From a virus (lineage: Duplodnaviria; Heunggongvirae; Uroviricota; Caudoviricetes): a stretch of 64,000 nt of DNA. A model generated the notes under the pieces. It was not told the DNA's origin. It saw only the letters and a program-made list of their open reading frames with translations, and ran no database searches. The stretch lies in the IMG/VR virus record IMGVR_UViG_3300024272_001997. One strand, written 5' to 3'. The position numbers were made by a program, and so were the translations under genes. Position 1 is the stretch's first letter. Every line of letters begins with the position of its first letter. Of the stretch, positions 7,016-15,503 are shown one piece after another.

Positions 7016-7609
7016 TTAGAAAGGCAGTTCGTCTGCCAGTCCGGCAACCTCATTCCATTCCTCGACAATCGCAGGAATATCGATGAAAGGACGGCTTGCC
7101 ATGTAGTCCGCCATGTGGACACATCTGTCCACATTGGTAAAGGGTCTGTCCTCTTTCTCGGTAGACCACTGACCCATGTGAGCGCAGACAGCGTTCAGAA
7201 GCAGAAAATGGGGTTCGCCGTAACCAGTGACCAGACAGTAATCACGGAAAGCAGTCGCCGCATTTCTGGCGTGATTCTTGTACTCGGCCTTGTCGAAACC
7301 ATCCAGACCATACTTGACAGTATCGTGAATGATACAGGCGACAATGACGAAATCCTTGTATTCTTCCTTCATGTATGCGTAAGAACTCATGCGGAGCAGT
7401 TCTTCGGCGAACATGACAACCGCCTTGGTGTGGCGAACCAGACCGCCAACGCCCTGGGACATCTTGGGGTGATACTTGCCAGAACTGGAAGCACCGTCTG
7501 TCCAGAAGTAGTCGGGAACTCGGTCGATCAGGTATCCCTTGACCGCCATGCGGAGATCCTCGTCCAGGATGAGGGACAGTTCCCTCTCAAAAAGCTTGAT
7601 GTTCTTCAT
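7016..7609 (-). CDS. HD-domain phosphohydrolase (197 aa)
   Basis: Track ORF trimmed to Met preceded by GAGGAATTGATACCC; contains H...HD motif (GKYHP, IIHDTVKYG) typical of the HD superfamily. Confidence 0.7.
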   Translation of the reverse strand: MKNIKLFERELSLILDEDLRMAVKGYLIDRVPDYFWTDGASSSGKYHPKMSQGVGGLVRHTKAVVMFAEELLRMSSYAYMKEEYKDFVIVACIIHDTVKYGLDGFDKAEYKNHARNAATAFRDYCLVTGYGEPHFLLLNAVCAHMGQWSTEKEDRPFTNVDRCVHMADYMASRPFIDIPAIVEEWNEVAGLADELPF

Positions 7610-7656
7610 GGGTATCAATTCCTCTCTCATTTGATGTACTCATTATAGCATAGGAT

Positions 7657-7833
7657 TTAGAGTTTGTCAAGTACTTTTTTAGAAAATTCTGTGTATTCAA
7701 TACACATTTTCAAAGTATCTTTTTCAACTGTCACACGCACAGAACTAACAAGGGGATTTTGTATCATCAGTTCGCCGGCCATTTTCTTGACCTCTGAATA
7801 GGGGATACCCTTACCAATTTCAATTCTAGCCAT
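7657..7833 (-). CDS. hypothetical protein (58 aa)
   Basis: Track ORF trimmed to Met with GGAGGG RBS. Confidence 0.45.
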   Translation of the reverse strand: MARIEIGKGIPYSEVKKMAGELMIQNPLVSSVRVTVEKDTLKMCIEYTEFSKKVLDKL

Positions 7834-7857
7834 TGTTTTTCCCTCCATGGTTCTGGG

Positions 7858-8028
7858 TTACCCCAGAACCACAAAATTTTTGCCGTAGTGGTCGTGAACG
7901 CCTTCTTCTACATTGTAGGTGATGGACAGTTCATCCATGTAAATGACCTTGGAATCACCAAAACCGAGTTCTTCCATGGTCTGAAGCTGGCGGAGCAGTT
8001 CACTAACAGTAATGCACTTTTTATTCAT
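7858..8028 (-). CDS. hypothetical protein (56 aa)
   Basis: GAGGAGGTAACC RBS; MNKKCITVSELLRQLQTMEELGFGDSKVIYMDELSITYNVEEGVHDHYGKNFVVLG; below track cut-off. Confidence 0.45.
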   Translation of the reverse strand: MNKKCITVSELLRQLQTMEELGFGDSKVIYMDELSITYNVEEGVHDHYGKNFVVLG

Positions 8029-8149
8029 GGGGGTTACCTCCTCTTGATTTATAATACAATTATACCACCGATTCCGGGAAAATCAAGTTGGAGTATTGCA
8101 CAAAAAATGCGCCCCAAAAATTGTTGGAGTTGGTTATTTTGCCGAAAAA

Positions 8150-8236
8150 CCGGCCCGCGCGCACGTAAAGGGCCGGCCGAAATTTGTGCAAATTGCACAA
8201 AAACGAAGAAAAACCGGGATTTTTCCCGGTTTTTCT
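8150..8236 (+). ncRNA. degenerate copy of GC-hairpin/terminator cassette
   Basis: Hairpin CCGGCCC-13nt-GGGCCGG then GCCGAAATTTGTGCAAATTGCACAAAAA then bidirectional terminator AAACCGGGAtttttCCCGGTTT; upstream promoter degenerate. Confidence 0.25.
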
Positions 8237-8603
8237 AACTTTTTGCCTTTCTTTTTGCGATTAAAGTCAATTCGTAGGCATTTTCACCAATTTTGAAGCT
8301 AATTTGACGAGTTTTGTTGGTGATTTCCACTGAAACGTAGCCTTTTTCCGCTAAAAAGTGGGCGATTTCCGCAATTACAGCCTCTTTTTCCGGATTTTCG
8401 GTGGGTTTTCGTGCGGATTTGGTGGTTTTTGGCGATTTTGTGTCCGCATTAGCGTTTTTCATAGCCAGTTTGTGTGCTTCTGGACTCAAATCAAAGTCCA
8501 TTTGCTCTCCCCTGTCGATGCATTTATCATCGGCAAGAATGGCTTCGGCTTCGCTTCTGGAACACTTGAGAGAACGCATGATGCGTTCGATTTGGCTATC
8601 CAT
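8235..8603 (-). CDS. hypothetical protein (122 aa), paralog of 11293..11649; TAG is its stop codon
   Basis: Track ORF; shares N-terminal SR(S/E)EAIxLxD(D/E)DKxIDRGE motif with its paralog; stop codon TAG at 8235-8237 followed by the terminator. Confidence 0.6.
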   Translation of the reverse strand: MDSQIERIMRSLKCSRSEAEAILADDKCIDRGEQMDFDLSPEAHKLAMKNANADTKSPKTTKSARKPTENPEKEAVIAEIAHFLAEKGYVSVEITNKTRQISFKIGENAYELTLIAKRKAKS

Positions 8604-8702
8604 GGTGGTTGCCCCCTTTCCTTACTTAGTATAGCACATTTGGGGGGATTTGTCAAGAGGAAAGTTTGGGGGAGAATTTCTCCCCCTCTCCCCTCTCTCT
8701 GG

Positions 8703-9095
8703 TTAGACCAGAGAGAAGAAAGCCTTTCTCTTGTCCTCGGTTCTCTTGACCTGGCCTGCATCAACCATCTGGCGAACCAGAGCGGACATTCTCTGGTTGG
8801 TCATGGTGTCAGGCAGGTTGGGAACCTTTTTCAGCAGTTCGGACACGGTGAACAGCTGATTGGGATTGGCTTCCATCACAGCCAGAACACCGGCCTTGAT
8901 GGTTGCGTTGGCTTCCTGCTGAGCGGTGGGCTTCTTCTCAGCGGAGTTCTTCTTGGCCAGCAGTTCCTGCTCGTGGGCGATGAACTCAGCCAGCATGGGG
9001 TTGTTGGCGACTTCGGGGATGTTCGCAATCATAGCGAACTTCTGAGCCTTGGTCAGCTTGGTGGATGCGGAAGCGGAAGAAGTAGTGTTAGCCAT
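8703..9095 (-). CDS. putative winged-helix protein (130 aa), paralog of 11729..12106
   Basis: Track ORF; about 70 percent identity to paralog over whole length; GAAAGGAATTGATACT-ATG leader. Confidence 0.65.
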   Translation of the reverse strand: MANTTSSASASTKLTKAQKFAMIANIPEVANNPMLAEFIAHEQELLAKKNSAEKKPTAQQEANATIKAGVLAVMEANPNQLFTVSELLKKVPNLPDTMTNQRMSALVRQMVDAGQVKRTEDKRKAFFSLV

Positions 9096-9366
9096 AGTAT
9101 CAATTCCTTTCGGTTTTAGCGACTTGAACCTGTCGATGATTTATTCTGTAAGAGGTGTTCCTCTTTACATTCTTATTATAGCACATTCGGCTCGGTTTGT
9201 CAAGAACTTTTTTTCTTTTTTTTTCTTGACCTTGGAGGGTTGCCCCTCTCTTTTTGTACCCTCATTGTATCACATCTTGGGCGGTTTGTCAAGAGGTTTT
9301 TTCAACTTTTTTTTTCGCTCGGCTCGCTCTGTCCTGCGTTGTTGCCTGTCCCTCACTGACAAGGGT

Positions 9367-9395
9367 ATTATACCATAGCCAGAAGCGGATTGCAA
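9367..9395 (-). promoter_or_regulatory. orphan promoter TTGCAA-17-TATAAT, back-to-back with plus promoter at 9454
   Basis: Reverse complement TTGCAAtccgcttctggctatggTATAAT; no ORF downstream before next promoter. Confidence 0.45.
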
Positions 9396-9453
9396 TAGGC
9401 AAAGTATACAAAATCGGGAGAAATAATTTGTGCATTTTTTTCGCATTTTCCTC

Positions 9454-9482
9454 TTGACAAATTGCTGGGGGTATGGTATAAT
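9454..9482 (+). promoter_or_regulatory. orphan consensus promoter CCTCTTGACAAA-17-TATAAT on plus strand
   Basis: TTGACAaattgctgggggtatggTATAAT; fires toward 3' end of the convergent gene 9569..10006. Confidence 0.65.
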
Positions 9483-9488
9483 GGAAAT

Positions 9489-9576
9489 TCTGCCCGGGCA
9501 CACTCGCGCCCGGGCCGCCGAAATGTCAATTGGTAATTTTGCACAAAAAAGTGAGGGTTGCCCCTCACTCATTTTT
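9489..9576 (+). ncRNA. candidate small RNA: 5' GC hairpin GCCCGGGC-acactcgc-GCCCGGGC plus terminator hairpin GTGAGGGttgcCCCTCAC-tcaTTTTT
   Basis: Starts about 7 nt after -10, ends at intrinsic terminator that also terminates the minus gene; no ORF. Confidence 0.35.
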
Positions 9577-10006
9577 GAATGACCGTTTCCAGATTGATTC
9601 CGGCGCTGACTTCTTCCCAGTTCTCCACATTGTCAACATGGACAACCTTGTGACAGCCATTGACCATCATCAGAGAATAGGTTGCGTTCTCATAACCGCA
9701 CAGAACCTGGACAACCTCTTTGCCGATTGCCATGCCGAAGCCGGCTTCCCATGCCGTACCAGAGTCGGAATACATACCGAAGTTGAGAACCATGACCACA
9801 TCACAGTCATGGATGGCTTCAATGTCCATTTCAAAGACACGCTTTGCCCAGTCAGAGTTCGGCAAGTCCCATGCGTTGGGAACTTCATGCTCCTGGGGTA
9901 CATGAACCGGATAACCTGCGGAGCGCAGACGAGAGATGGTTTCCTTGTAGACTACCAATTCAGTAGCATTGAAGAACGGCGAAGCCAGATAGATTTTCTT
10001 TTTCAT
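9569..10006 (-). CDS. nucleoside 2-deoxyribosyltransferase-like protein (145 aa)
   Basis: Track ORF trimmed to Met after GGAAAGGAACTGAACACT; KIYLASPFF...MVLNFGMYSDSGTAWEAGFGMAIGKEVV matches the NDT/Rcl family signature. Confidence 0.65.
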   Translation of the reverse strand: MKKKIYLASPFFNATELVVYKETISRLRSAGYPVHVPQEHEVPNAWDLPNSDWAKRVFEMDIEAIHDCDVVMVLNFGMYSDSGTAWEAGFGMAIGKEVVQVLCGYENATYSLMMVNGCHKVVHVDNVENWEEVSAGINLETVIQK

Positions 10007-10062
10007 AGTGTTCAGTTCCTTTCCTTTTTGTATTCTCATTATACCATGAGAAAAGGCTTTTG

Positions 10063-10398
10063 TCAAGCCTTTTCTACTCGGTAGAAGAAAAATTTATTGA
10101 CAATTCTTTTTGCCTTTTTGTCGTGGCAAAAATAAATACTTCCGAACAGATGTGTGGAATCGTCCATCAATTTGAGATTTTGAATTGCTTCCAATTTCAC
10201 AGGCTTGCTTACATTGCGGAAGAGTTTCCAGAAGAAAACGAATGGGAAAAGCAGGATTTCCAGAATAATTTCCAGAATACCAGTGATGAGCAGATAGGGA
10301 AGCTGGATGAAGTTCATCCATCTCTGGCCCCACAGTTCTTCGTGAATGAAAGACAGGATAATGTATCCGGCAAGAATACCTAATAAGAAATTCAACAT
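10063..10398 (-). CDS. membrane protein (111 aa)
   Basis: Track ORF trimmed to Met with GAGGTG RBS; two TM helices. Confidence 0.5.
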   Translation of the reverse strand: MLNFLLGILAGYIILSFIHEELWGQRWMNFIQLPYLLITGILEIILEILLFPFVFFWKLFRNVSKPVKLEAIQNLKLMDDSTHLFGSIYFCHDKKAKRIVNKFFFYRVEKA

Positions 10399-10462
10399 TT
10401 TACACACCTCATTTGTTTTTCTTTATTATAGCATGAATTGGGGGTTTTGTCAACCCCCAATT

Positions 10463-10771
10463 TTACGGAAGTTCATCGGGATAGCAGAAGCATTCCCATG
10501 CGATACTCTCCCAAGTTTCCATACACTTGGAAGTGTTGCACAGCCAGATCGTGACAAAGAAAGTATTGACAACAGGCAGACCAATCATCAAAGCGCACTG
10601 GATGAGACTGATGAAAGTCTTTGCCCAGTTCGTAGGCTGTTTGACCCTGACCATGCCCTTGGCCTTGCACTCCTTAAAAGTGGGAATCATAGCCAGACTG
10701 GCGAACACGAACAGATACAGGAAAGCCAGAATTGCGCTTGCGACATAGACCCAGAAGAAAATTTCTAACAT
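10463..10771 (-). CDS. membrane protein (102 aa)
   Basis: Track ORF trimmed to Met with GAGGT RBS; 3 hydrophobic helices. Confidence 0.5.
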   Translation of the reverse strand: MLEIFFWVYVASAILAFLYLFVFASLAMIPTFKECKAKGMVRVKQPTNWAKTFISLIQCALMIGLPVVNTFFVTIWLCNTSKCMETWESIAWECFCYPDELP

Positions 10772-10843
10772 AACATTTACCTCACTCATTTAATTTTCTT
10801 TATTATAACATAGGTTTGCGAATTTGTCAAGAGTTATTTTGTA

Positions 10844-11056
10844 TCAAAGGGACATTTTCTGTCCCCAGATACAACGCTCAAAGGCAGGCTTGTAGACATT
10901 GTTCCAAATGAACTCCATCTCGTTGTAAGCTTCTCTGTCCTCCACAATCATTGCGTAGAACTGAACTGCTCCGAACGCCTGATGAATCCACAGTTCTTTG
11001 CCGTCCTTCTGGCACTGAGCCAAAAGCCAATCGATGTGCTGTTTCAGTTTATCCAT
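10844..11056 (-). CDS. hypothetical protein (70 aa)
   Basis: Track ORF trimmed to Met after AGGAGGTAATCACC; upstream Mets lie in promoter. Confidence 0.5.
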   Translation of the reverse strand: MDKLKQHIDWLLAQCQKDGKELWIHQAFGAVQFYAMIVEDREAYNEMEFIWNNVYKPAFERCIWGQKMSL

Positions 11057-11175
11057 GGTGATTACCTCCTTGATTTGTACCCTAATTATAGCATAGGTTT
11101 CGGGATTTGTCAAGGGGTTTTGCAAAAATAATTTTTGCAAGAAAAATTGCTGAAATAGGGGGTTAGTAGCGAAAT

Positions 11176-11234
11176 GCCGGGCGCCACACTCGTCAGCGCC
11201 CGGCCATTATACCACATTCTTTTGAAAATGTCAA
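11176..11234 (-). promoter_or_regulatory. class-1 promoter immediately abutting GC hairpin GCCGGGCGC-cacactcgtca-GCGCCCGGC (inverted-orientation copy of the cassette)
   Basis: TTGACAttttcaaaagaatgtggTATAAT then hairpin 1 nt later; no terminator follows. Confidence 0.4.
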
Positions 11235-11263
11235 GCATTATTTTTTCGTCAAAATGCACAAAA

Positions 11264-11294
11264 AATCTGTCCGCGCTGGGCGGACAGATTTCTC
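11264..11294 (-). terminator. terminator for gene 11293..11649
   Basis: TCTGTCCGCccagcGCGGACAGA followed by TTTTTTGTGC on minus strand. Confidence 0.55.
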
Positions 11295-11649
11295 AGGAGC
11301 GGGGACACGCAAGGGTGACTTTGTACTTCGTGCCGTTGTGGGTGAACAGGAACTCACGCTCGGCATTGGTGACATTGAACTCGGTGATTCCCAGTCCATT
11401 CAGACCTTCCATCATTGCGGAACACAGCTCTGCCTTTTCCGGCTTGGCTTTCTTCTCTCTTTTGGTGGTGGTCTGCTTGCGGTCTGCCTGTCGTGCTTTC
11501 TTTGCGCCCGCTTCCAGTTCGGGGTCAAGCTCAAACAACTTTTCGCCCCTGTCGATTCGCTTGTCTTCGTCCATCAGTTCGATGGCTTCCTCACGGCTGA
11601 TGTTCAGCGACTTCATCAGCTTCTGGATTTTCTCTTCCATCGGGGTCAT
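11293..11649 (-). CDS. hypothetical protein (118 aa), paralog of 8235..8603
   Basis: Track ORF. Confidence 0.6.
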   Translation of the reverse strand: MTPMEEKIQKLMKSLNISREEAIELMDEDKRIDRGEKLFELDPELEAGAKKARQADRKQTTTKREKKAKPEKAELCSAMMEGLNGLGITEFNVTNAEREFLFTHNGTKYKVTLACPRS

Positions 11650-11728
11650 CTCCTTTCTGTACTAAGTATAGCACAGATTGCTGGATTTGTCAAGGGGAAA
11701 TTTTGGGGGAGTTTCCTCCCCCATCGGG

Positions 11729-12106
11729 TTACGCAATGGCGAAGAACGCCTTGCGCTTGTCCTCGGAGCGGACAACCTGACCCGCATCGACCATCTGACG
11801 GACGAGTGCGCTCATGCGCTGATTGGTCATGGTGTCGGGCAGACCGGGCACTTCCTTGAGCAGTTCGGACACGGTGCGCTTCTTGCCGTCAGCCAGAACC
11901 TCCAGAACGGCGGTCTTGATTACGGCATTTGCCTCCTGCTGGGCAGTGGGCTTCTTGTCGGCGGAGTTCTTCTTTGCCAGAAGCTCAACTTCGTGGGCGA
12001 TGAACTCGGACAGCATGGGGTCAGCCTTGACGGCGGGCAGTTCAGCCAGAATGGCGAACTTCTGAGCCTTGGTCAGACGAGCGGAAGAAGAAGTAGTGTT
12101 AGCCAT
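11729..12106 (-). CDS. putative winged-helix protein (125 aa), paralog of 8703..9095
   Basis: Track ORF trimmed to MANTTSS... matching its paralog's start. Confidence 0.65.
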   Translation of the reverse strand: MANTTSSSARLTKAQKFAILAELPAVKADPMLSEFIAHEVELLAKKNSADKKPTAQQEANAVIKTAVLEVLADGKKRTVSELLKEVPGLPDTMTNQRMSALVRQMVDAGQVVRSEDKRKAFFAIA

Positions 12107-12284
12107 AGTATCGATCTCCAATCTTGCGGTAGGTCGCAACCCAAATTTGATTTATCTGTAAGAGGTGTTCCTCTTTACATTCTTATTGTATCACATCTTG
12201 AGCCAGTTGTCAAGAGGTTTTTTGAATTTTTTTTTGGCTTTCACTCCACCTAGTCCCTAATACAGCCTCGGGATTGGTTCACAT

Positions 12285-12380
12285 TTATATTCCGCACAAC
12301 GGAGCGACCGTGCGGTCGAGGACTTTGTCGTCATGGTCTGACACGACTCTCGTGGGTCTTGTCTCAACGACTTCTGCCAT
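12285..12380 (-). CDS. possible micro-protein (31 aa)
   Basis: Sits 17 nt downstream of a class-1 promoter with the conserved leader GGGTACAAAAGAGGGAAGC-ATG; MAEVVETRPTRVVSDHDDKVLDRTVAPLCGI. Confidence 0.25.
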   Translation of the reverse strand: MAEVVETRPTRVVSDHDDKVLDRTVAPLCGI

Positions 12381-12689
12381 GCTTCCCTCTTTTGTACCCT
12401 TATTATAACACATCTTGGGGAGTTTGTCAAGAGGTTTTTTTTCAGATTTCCTTCTGTTCGGTCATCTTGTGGTCACTTGCTCCGCAAGCCCTACCGCCTC
12501 CGACCACGGCTAACCTCTTGACTTCTCTTACATTGTATCACAACTTGGGGGATTTGTCAAGGGGTTTCTTGAAGTTTCTTCAAGAAAGTTGCGTGCCGGA
12601 AGGTTGGGTCGTACACAGCCTCTGCCAACAGTTCGACGCCTAGCGTGGGTTTCCCAACTCCCGAGGCGTTCCCTCCCCTTGACACCAAT

Positions 12690-12718
12690 ACTATACCACA
12701 TCTGCCCCCAGATTGCAA
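12690..12718 (-). promoter_or_regulatory. orphan promoter TTGCAA-17-TATAGT back-to-back with plus promoter at 12776
   Basis: Same architecture and flanking sequence as 9367-9395. Confidence 0.4.
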
Positions 12719-12775
12719 TTGGCAAAATACACAAAATCGGGAAAAATAATTATTTATTATTTGTGCAATTTTCCT

Positions 12776-12805
12776 CTTGACAAATTGGCTGGCGGTGTGG
12801 TATAA
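12776..12805 (+). promoter_or_regulatory. orphan consensus promoter on plus strand (18-bp spacer)
   Basis: CCTCTTGACAaattggctggcggtgtggTATAAT. Confidence 0.6.
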
Positions 12806-12811
12806 TAAAAT

Positions 12812-12875
12812 TTCGGCGCCCATCAACCGTGGGCGCCGCGCCGAAAAAGCCACCCCAAAAATGGGGTGGCTTTCG
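12812..12875 (+). ncRNA. candidate small RNA: hairpin CGGCGCCCA-tcaaccg-TGGGCGCCG then GCGCCGAAAAA then terminator hairpin AGCCACCCCAaaaaTGGGGTGGCT
   Basis: Same architecture as 9489..9576 with compensatory stem changes. Confidence 0.35.
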
Positions 12876-12877
12876 TA

Positions 12878-13306
12878 TCAGCTGGGCAGACCTCCGCCCA
12901 TAACCTGAATCACCTTCAAAACCATGTCCTCGGCTGACATACACTCTTCGGGTTCCTCGGGGGGCAGGAGTTCGGCTTTCTGCTGTTCGGCCAGGGCGGA
13001 CATGACCTCGAAAATGTTGGGGATGATTTCTCGCTCGACCTCGAGTTCGGGTTCGGGGATGGGTTCCTCGTCCTGTTCCCAGAGGTGCTTCATCAGCACC
13101 CCCAGAATCATCAGAGAGAACTCGTCCGTGGCGAACTGGTCGGGGTGGTTCACCAGAGCCAGAACCTCGCCGGTGTAGCCGTCGCACACATGGGCATGAT
13201 TGCCGTTCGTGTCAGCTCTCAGCAGTTCCAGGATTGCGATTTCGGGGTCGTCAGTCTTGACAGTGACCTCAGCGTCGGAGTAAAAAACAGAGATTACATA
13301 CTTCAT
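12878..13306 (-). CDS. acidic hypothetical protein (142 aa)
   Basis: Track ORF; AAAGGAAAGGAACTGATACCT-ATG leader. Confidence 0.6.
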   Translation of the reverse strand: MKYVISVFYSDAEVTVKTDDPEIAILELLRADTNGNHAHVCDGYTGEVLALVNHPDQFATDEFSLMILGVLMKHLWEQDEEPIPEPELEVEREIIPNIFEVMSALAEQQKAELLPPEEPEECMSAEDMVLKVIQVMGGGLPS

Positions 13307-13405
13307 AGGTATCAGTTCCTTTCCTTTGTTGTACCAACATTATAACATGGATTAGTTGGTTTGTCAAGAGGTTTTTGAAAAATTTTTTTTAGGGGATGGG
13401 GCGGA

Positions 13406-14077
13406 TTACTCCGCCCACTTGGGGAAACACTTGTTGTATTCCTTGCCCTTGGCATCCCAGCAATGCACATTCTTGGTGAACTTCTTGTGTGTCCGCAGAC
13501 AGCGGACAAAAATCTGCATTTCAATCATGGCATCAGCCAGAGCCGTGTGTTCCTCGATGAAGTCGGGGTCGTTAGTGATGAACGCATACACGGCTTCCGC
13601 AGTGGTCGCACAAGTGTTCTTGCTTCTGGACTGGAAGCCATTTGCACGGCAAAACTTGGCATAGCCTTTCTGGTGGCAGATGGTCTGGGTTGCCATCAAC
13701 CAAAGGTCGATGAACTCGAACTCCTCAGCCAACGCACGGCAGGCAGTTTTGGTAAGGTCGAAAGCGGAATTGTAAGCACAGATGTACTTGACGCCGTAGA
13801 AGTGGCACAGATTGGAAACAATGCTGACTGCCTCGGCTTCGGTAGTCACCGCAGACATTTCACCGCTTGCCAGTCTCTTGGCATAGATGGGGAAGTTCTT
13901 CTTGGCATAGTCATCGTTGCGGATTTCCTCATAGTGTTCCATCACCAGAAGATTGGTGGTTGCGAAGATGTTACCCTCTCTGTCATGGATGGTACAGCCG
14001 ACATTGTACATTCCGGAGGGAGTGGAAGCACCGCCTACAGTCTCGGTGTCCAGAGTACAGAAAATTGTCTTATTCAT
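13406..14077 (-). CDS. DEDDh (DnaQ-like) 3'-5' exonuclease (223 aa)
   Basis: Track ORF trimmed to Met after AAAGGAAAGGAATTGATACCA; Exo I FCTLDTETVG, Exo II YNSAFDL, Exo III HTALADA. Confidence 0.75.
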   Translation of the reverse strand: MNKTIFCTLDTETVGGASTPSGMYNVGCTIHDREGNIFATTNLLVMEHYEEIRNDDYAKKNFPIYAKRLASGEMSAVTTEAEAVSIVSNLCHFYGVKYICAYNSAFDLTKTACRALAEEFEFIDLWLMATQTICHQKGYAKFCRANGFQSRSKNTCATTAEAVYAFITNDPDFIEEHTALADAMIEMQIFVRCLRTHKKFTKNVHCWDAKGKEYNKCFPKWAE

Positions 14078-14145
14078 TGGTATCAATTCCTTTCCTTTGA
14101 TGAACTTATTGTATCACAAAATAGCCGGTTTGTCAAGGGATTTTT

Positions 14146-14595
14146 TTAGAATCCCTGACACATTTTTTCCAGCTTCGCCCAGTTGACGGAGAAGACATTG
14201 CGGAAACCCTCAAACTCCATCTCGGCGTAGTCCATGAAGTTCCGCAGTTCAGAGTAGCAGGGCAGATGGCCATCGAACCGCAGACCGAACTCACGAGCCA
14301 GCTTCTTGCACCACAGTTCATCCAACTGGTCTTCGGTGAACTTCTCGTGGGTCTTGGGGTTGATAACCACACGGACTTCCTTGTGGTAGGTAGTCTTCTC
14401 AGTGCGGACGACCTGCACCAGACCATACTCCCGGGCAGTTTCCAGACAGACGGAAGCGGAATAGGGATAGCGACCATCGGAGAAGCGGTCACGAACCTCA
14501 TTGAACTGCTTCTTGGTGAACTCAACAGGCAGAGCCTTGAAGGTTTCACGAGTCTTGGGAGCCAGTGCCATCATAGAAGAGAAATTGTGTGCCAT
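14146..14595 (-). CDS. hypothetical protein (149 aa)
   Basis: Track ORF preceded by class-1 promoter at about 14660-14688. Confidence 0.6.
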   Translation of the reverse strand: MAHNFSSMMALAPKTRETFKALPVEFTKKQFNEVRDRFSDGRYPYSASVCLETAREYGLVQVVRTEKTTYHKEVRVVINPKTHEKFTEDQLDELWCKKLAREFGLRFDGHLPCYSELRNFMDYAEMEFEGFRNVFSVNWAKLEKMCQGF

Positions 14596-14969
14596 AATAT
14601 TTTACCTCATTTCATTTATTTGGTGGGGCTTACCATCGTTTCCCTCACCTTGTATTTGTATTATAGCATAGATTGTTTGGTTTGTCAAGAGGTTTTCTCA
14701 AAAAATTCCGGACTTTTTTGATTATCTCCGATACTTCTTGCCTCAAAAGACCTGTTTTAGATTGTTGCCCCAGCTCATTCCTTGTACCCTCGGGCAAGGA
14801 CTATGTCAGTCCGCAACTTCTCTCTTTCCGCTTTCTCTTGGCGATTTTCTCCGTCGAGGTTCCCCTCTTGACACAGTCATTGTACCACAGATTTTGGGAT
14901 TTGTCAACTCGTTAAAATACACAAATAATCGCCGAAAATAAATGCCTAGGTTGGTTATTGTGCCAAATT

Positions 14970-15058
14970 CGGCGCGCCTGGACCGTGGGCGCGCCGCCGA
15001 ACTTTTGTGCAAAATGACGAAAAATCCCTTTCCATTTCTGGAAAGGGATTCCAAAATC
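14970..15058 (+). ncRNA. degenerate hairpin/terminator cassette
   Basis: CGGCGCGCC-tggaccgtg-GGCGCGCCG then GCCGAAC...; terminator ATCCCTTTCCAtttcTGGAAAGGGAT; upstream promoter weak (TATTGT -10). Confidence 0.25.
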
Positions 15059-15428
15059 AAATCACATTGAAAAGGACAATCTTTTCGGGAATGTCCTTCC
15101 ACTCGTTCCGACCGACCTGGATGCGGAGGGTGCGTCCGGTGATGAACTCAGTGCGCTGGACTGCGCCGACCTTGACCAGCTTCCGCACATTCTGAGAAAT
15201 CAGCTGAACAGTGGGAGCATGATACTCGGGGTTGTACTTCTCCATCGGGTAGCCGTAAGACTCCCATCTCTTTCTGCCGACTACCTCGGCAATCTGTGTG
15301 GCAGTAGCACCGCACTCGCCGAAACCAGATAAGGCGCTCAGAATGTCGGACAGGTACTTGTATCTTTTTCGGTTCTCACGGGTAGAACACTCAGCGACAG
15401 CAACATGGGCAAGATTAGGATTATTCAT
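15057..15428 (-). CDS. putative winged-helix DNA-binding protein (123 aa)
   Basis: Track ORF; GATATQIAEVVG...LVKVGAVQRTEF pattern; GAAAGGAATTGATACT-ATG leader. Confidence 0.55.
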   Translation of the reverse strand: MNNPNLAHVAVAECSTRENRKRYKYLSDILSALSGFGECGATATQIAEVVGRKRWESYGYPMEKYNPEYHAPTVQLISQNVRKLVKVGAVQRTEFITGRTLRIQVGRNEWKDIPEKIVLFNVI

Positions 15429-15503
15429 AGTATCAATTCCTTTCAGTTCTCTTTTGTTGTAATTATTGTATCATAGGTTTTCGGATTTGTCAAGAGGAAA
15501 TTC

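Noticed and set aside
6956-7648. 230-aa plus-strand ORF, plus similar long antisense ORFs (8358..9119, 9530..10084, 11254..11859, 11678..12253, 13463..14149, 14266..14721, 15543..15977, 16215..16934, 17479..18123, 19326..19856)
   Set aside because: Each is the antisense shadow of a minus-strand gene that has a promoter, RBS and recognisable product. They have no RBS and low-complexity or odd composition.
12518-12560. Plus-strand TTGACT at 12518 as another orphan plus promoter
   Set aside because: No acceptable -10 at 16-18 bp on the plus strand. The same sequence is fully explained as the minus-strand promoter 12532-12560.
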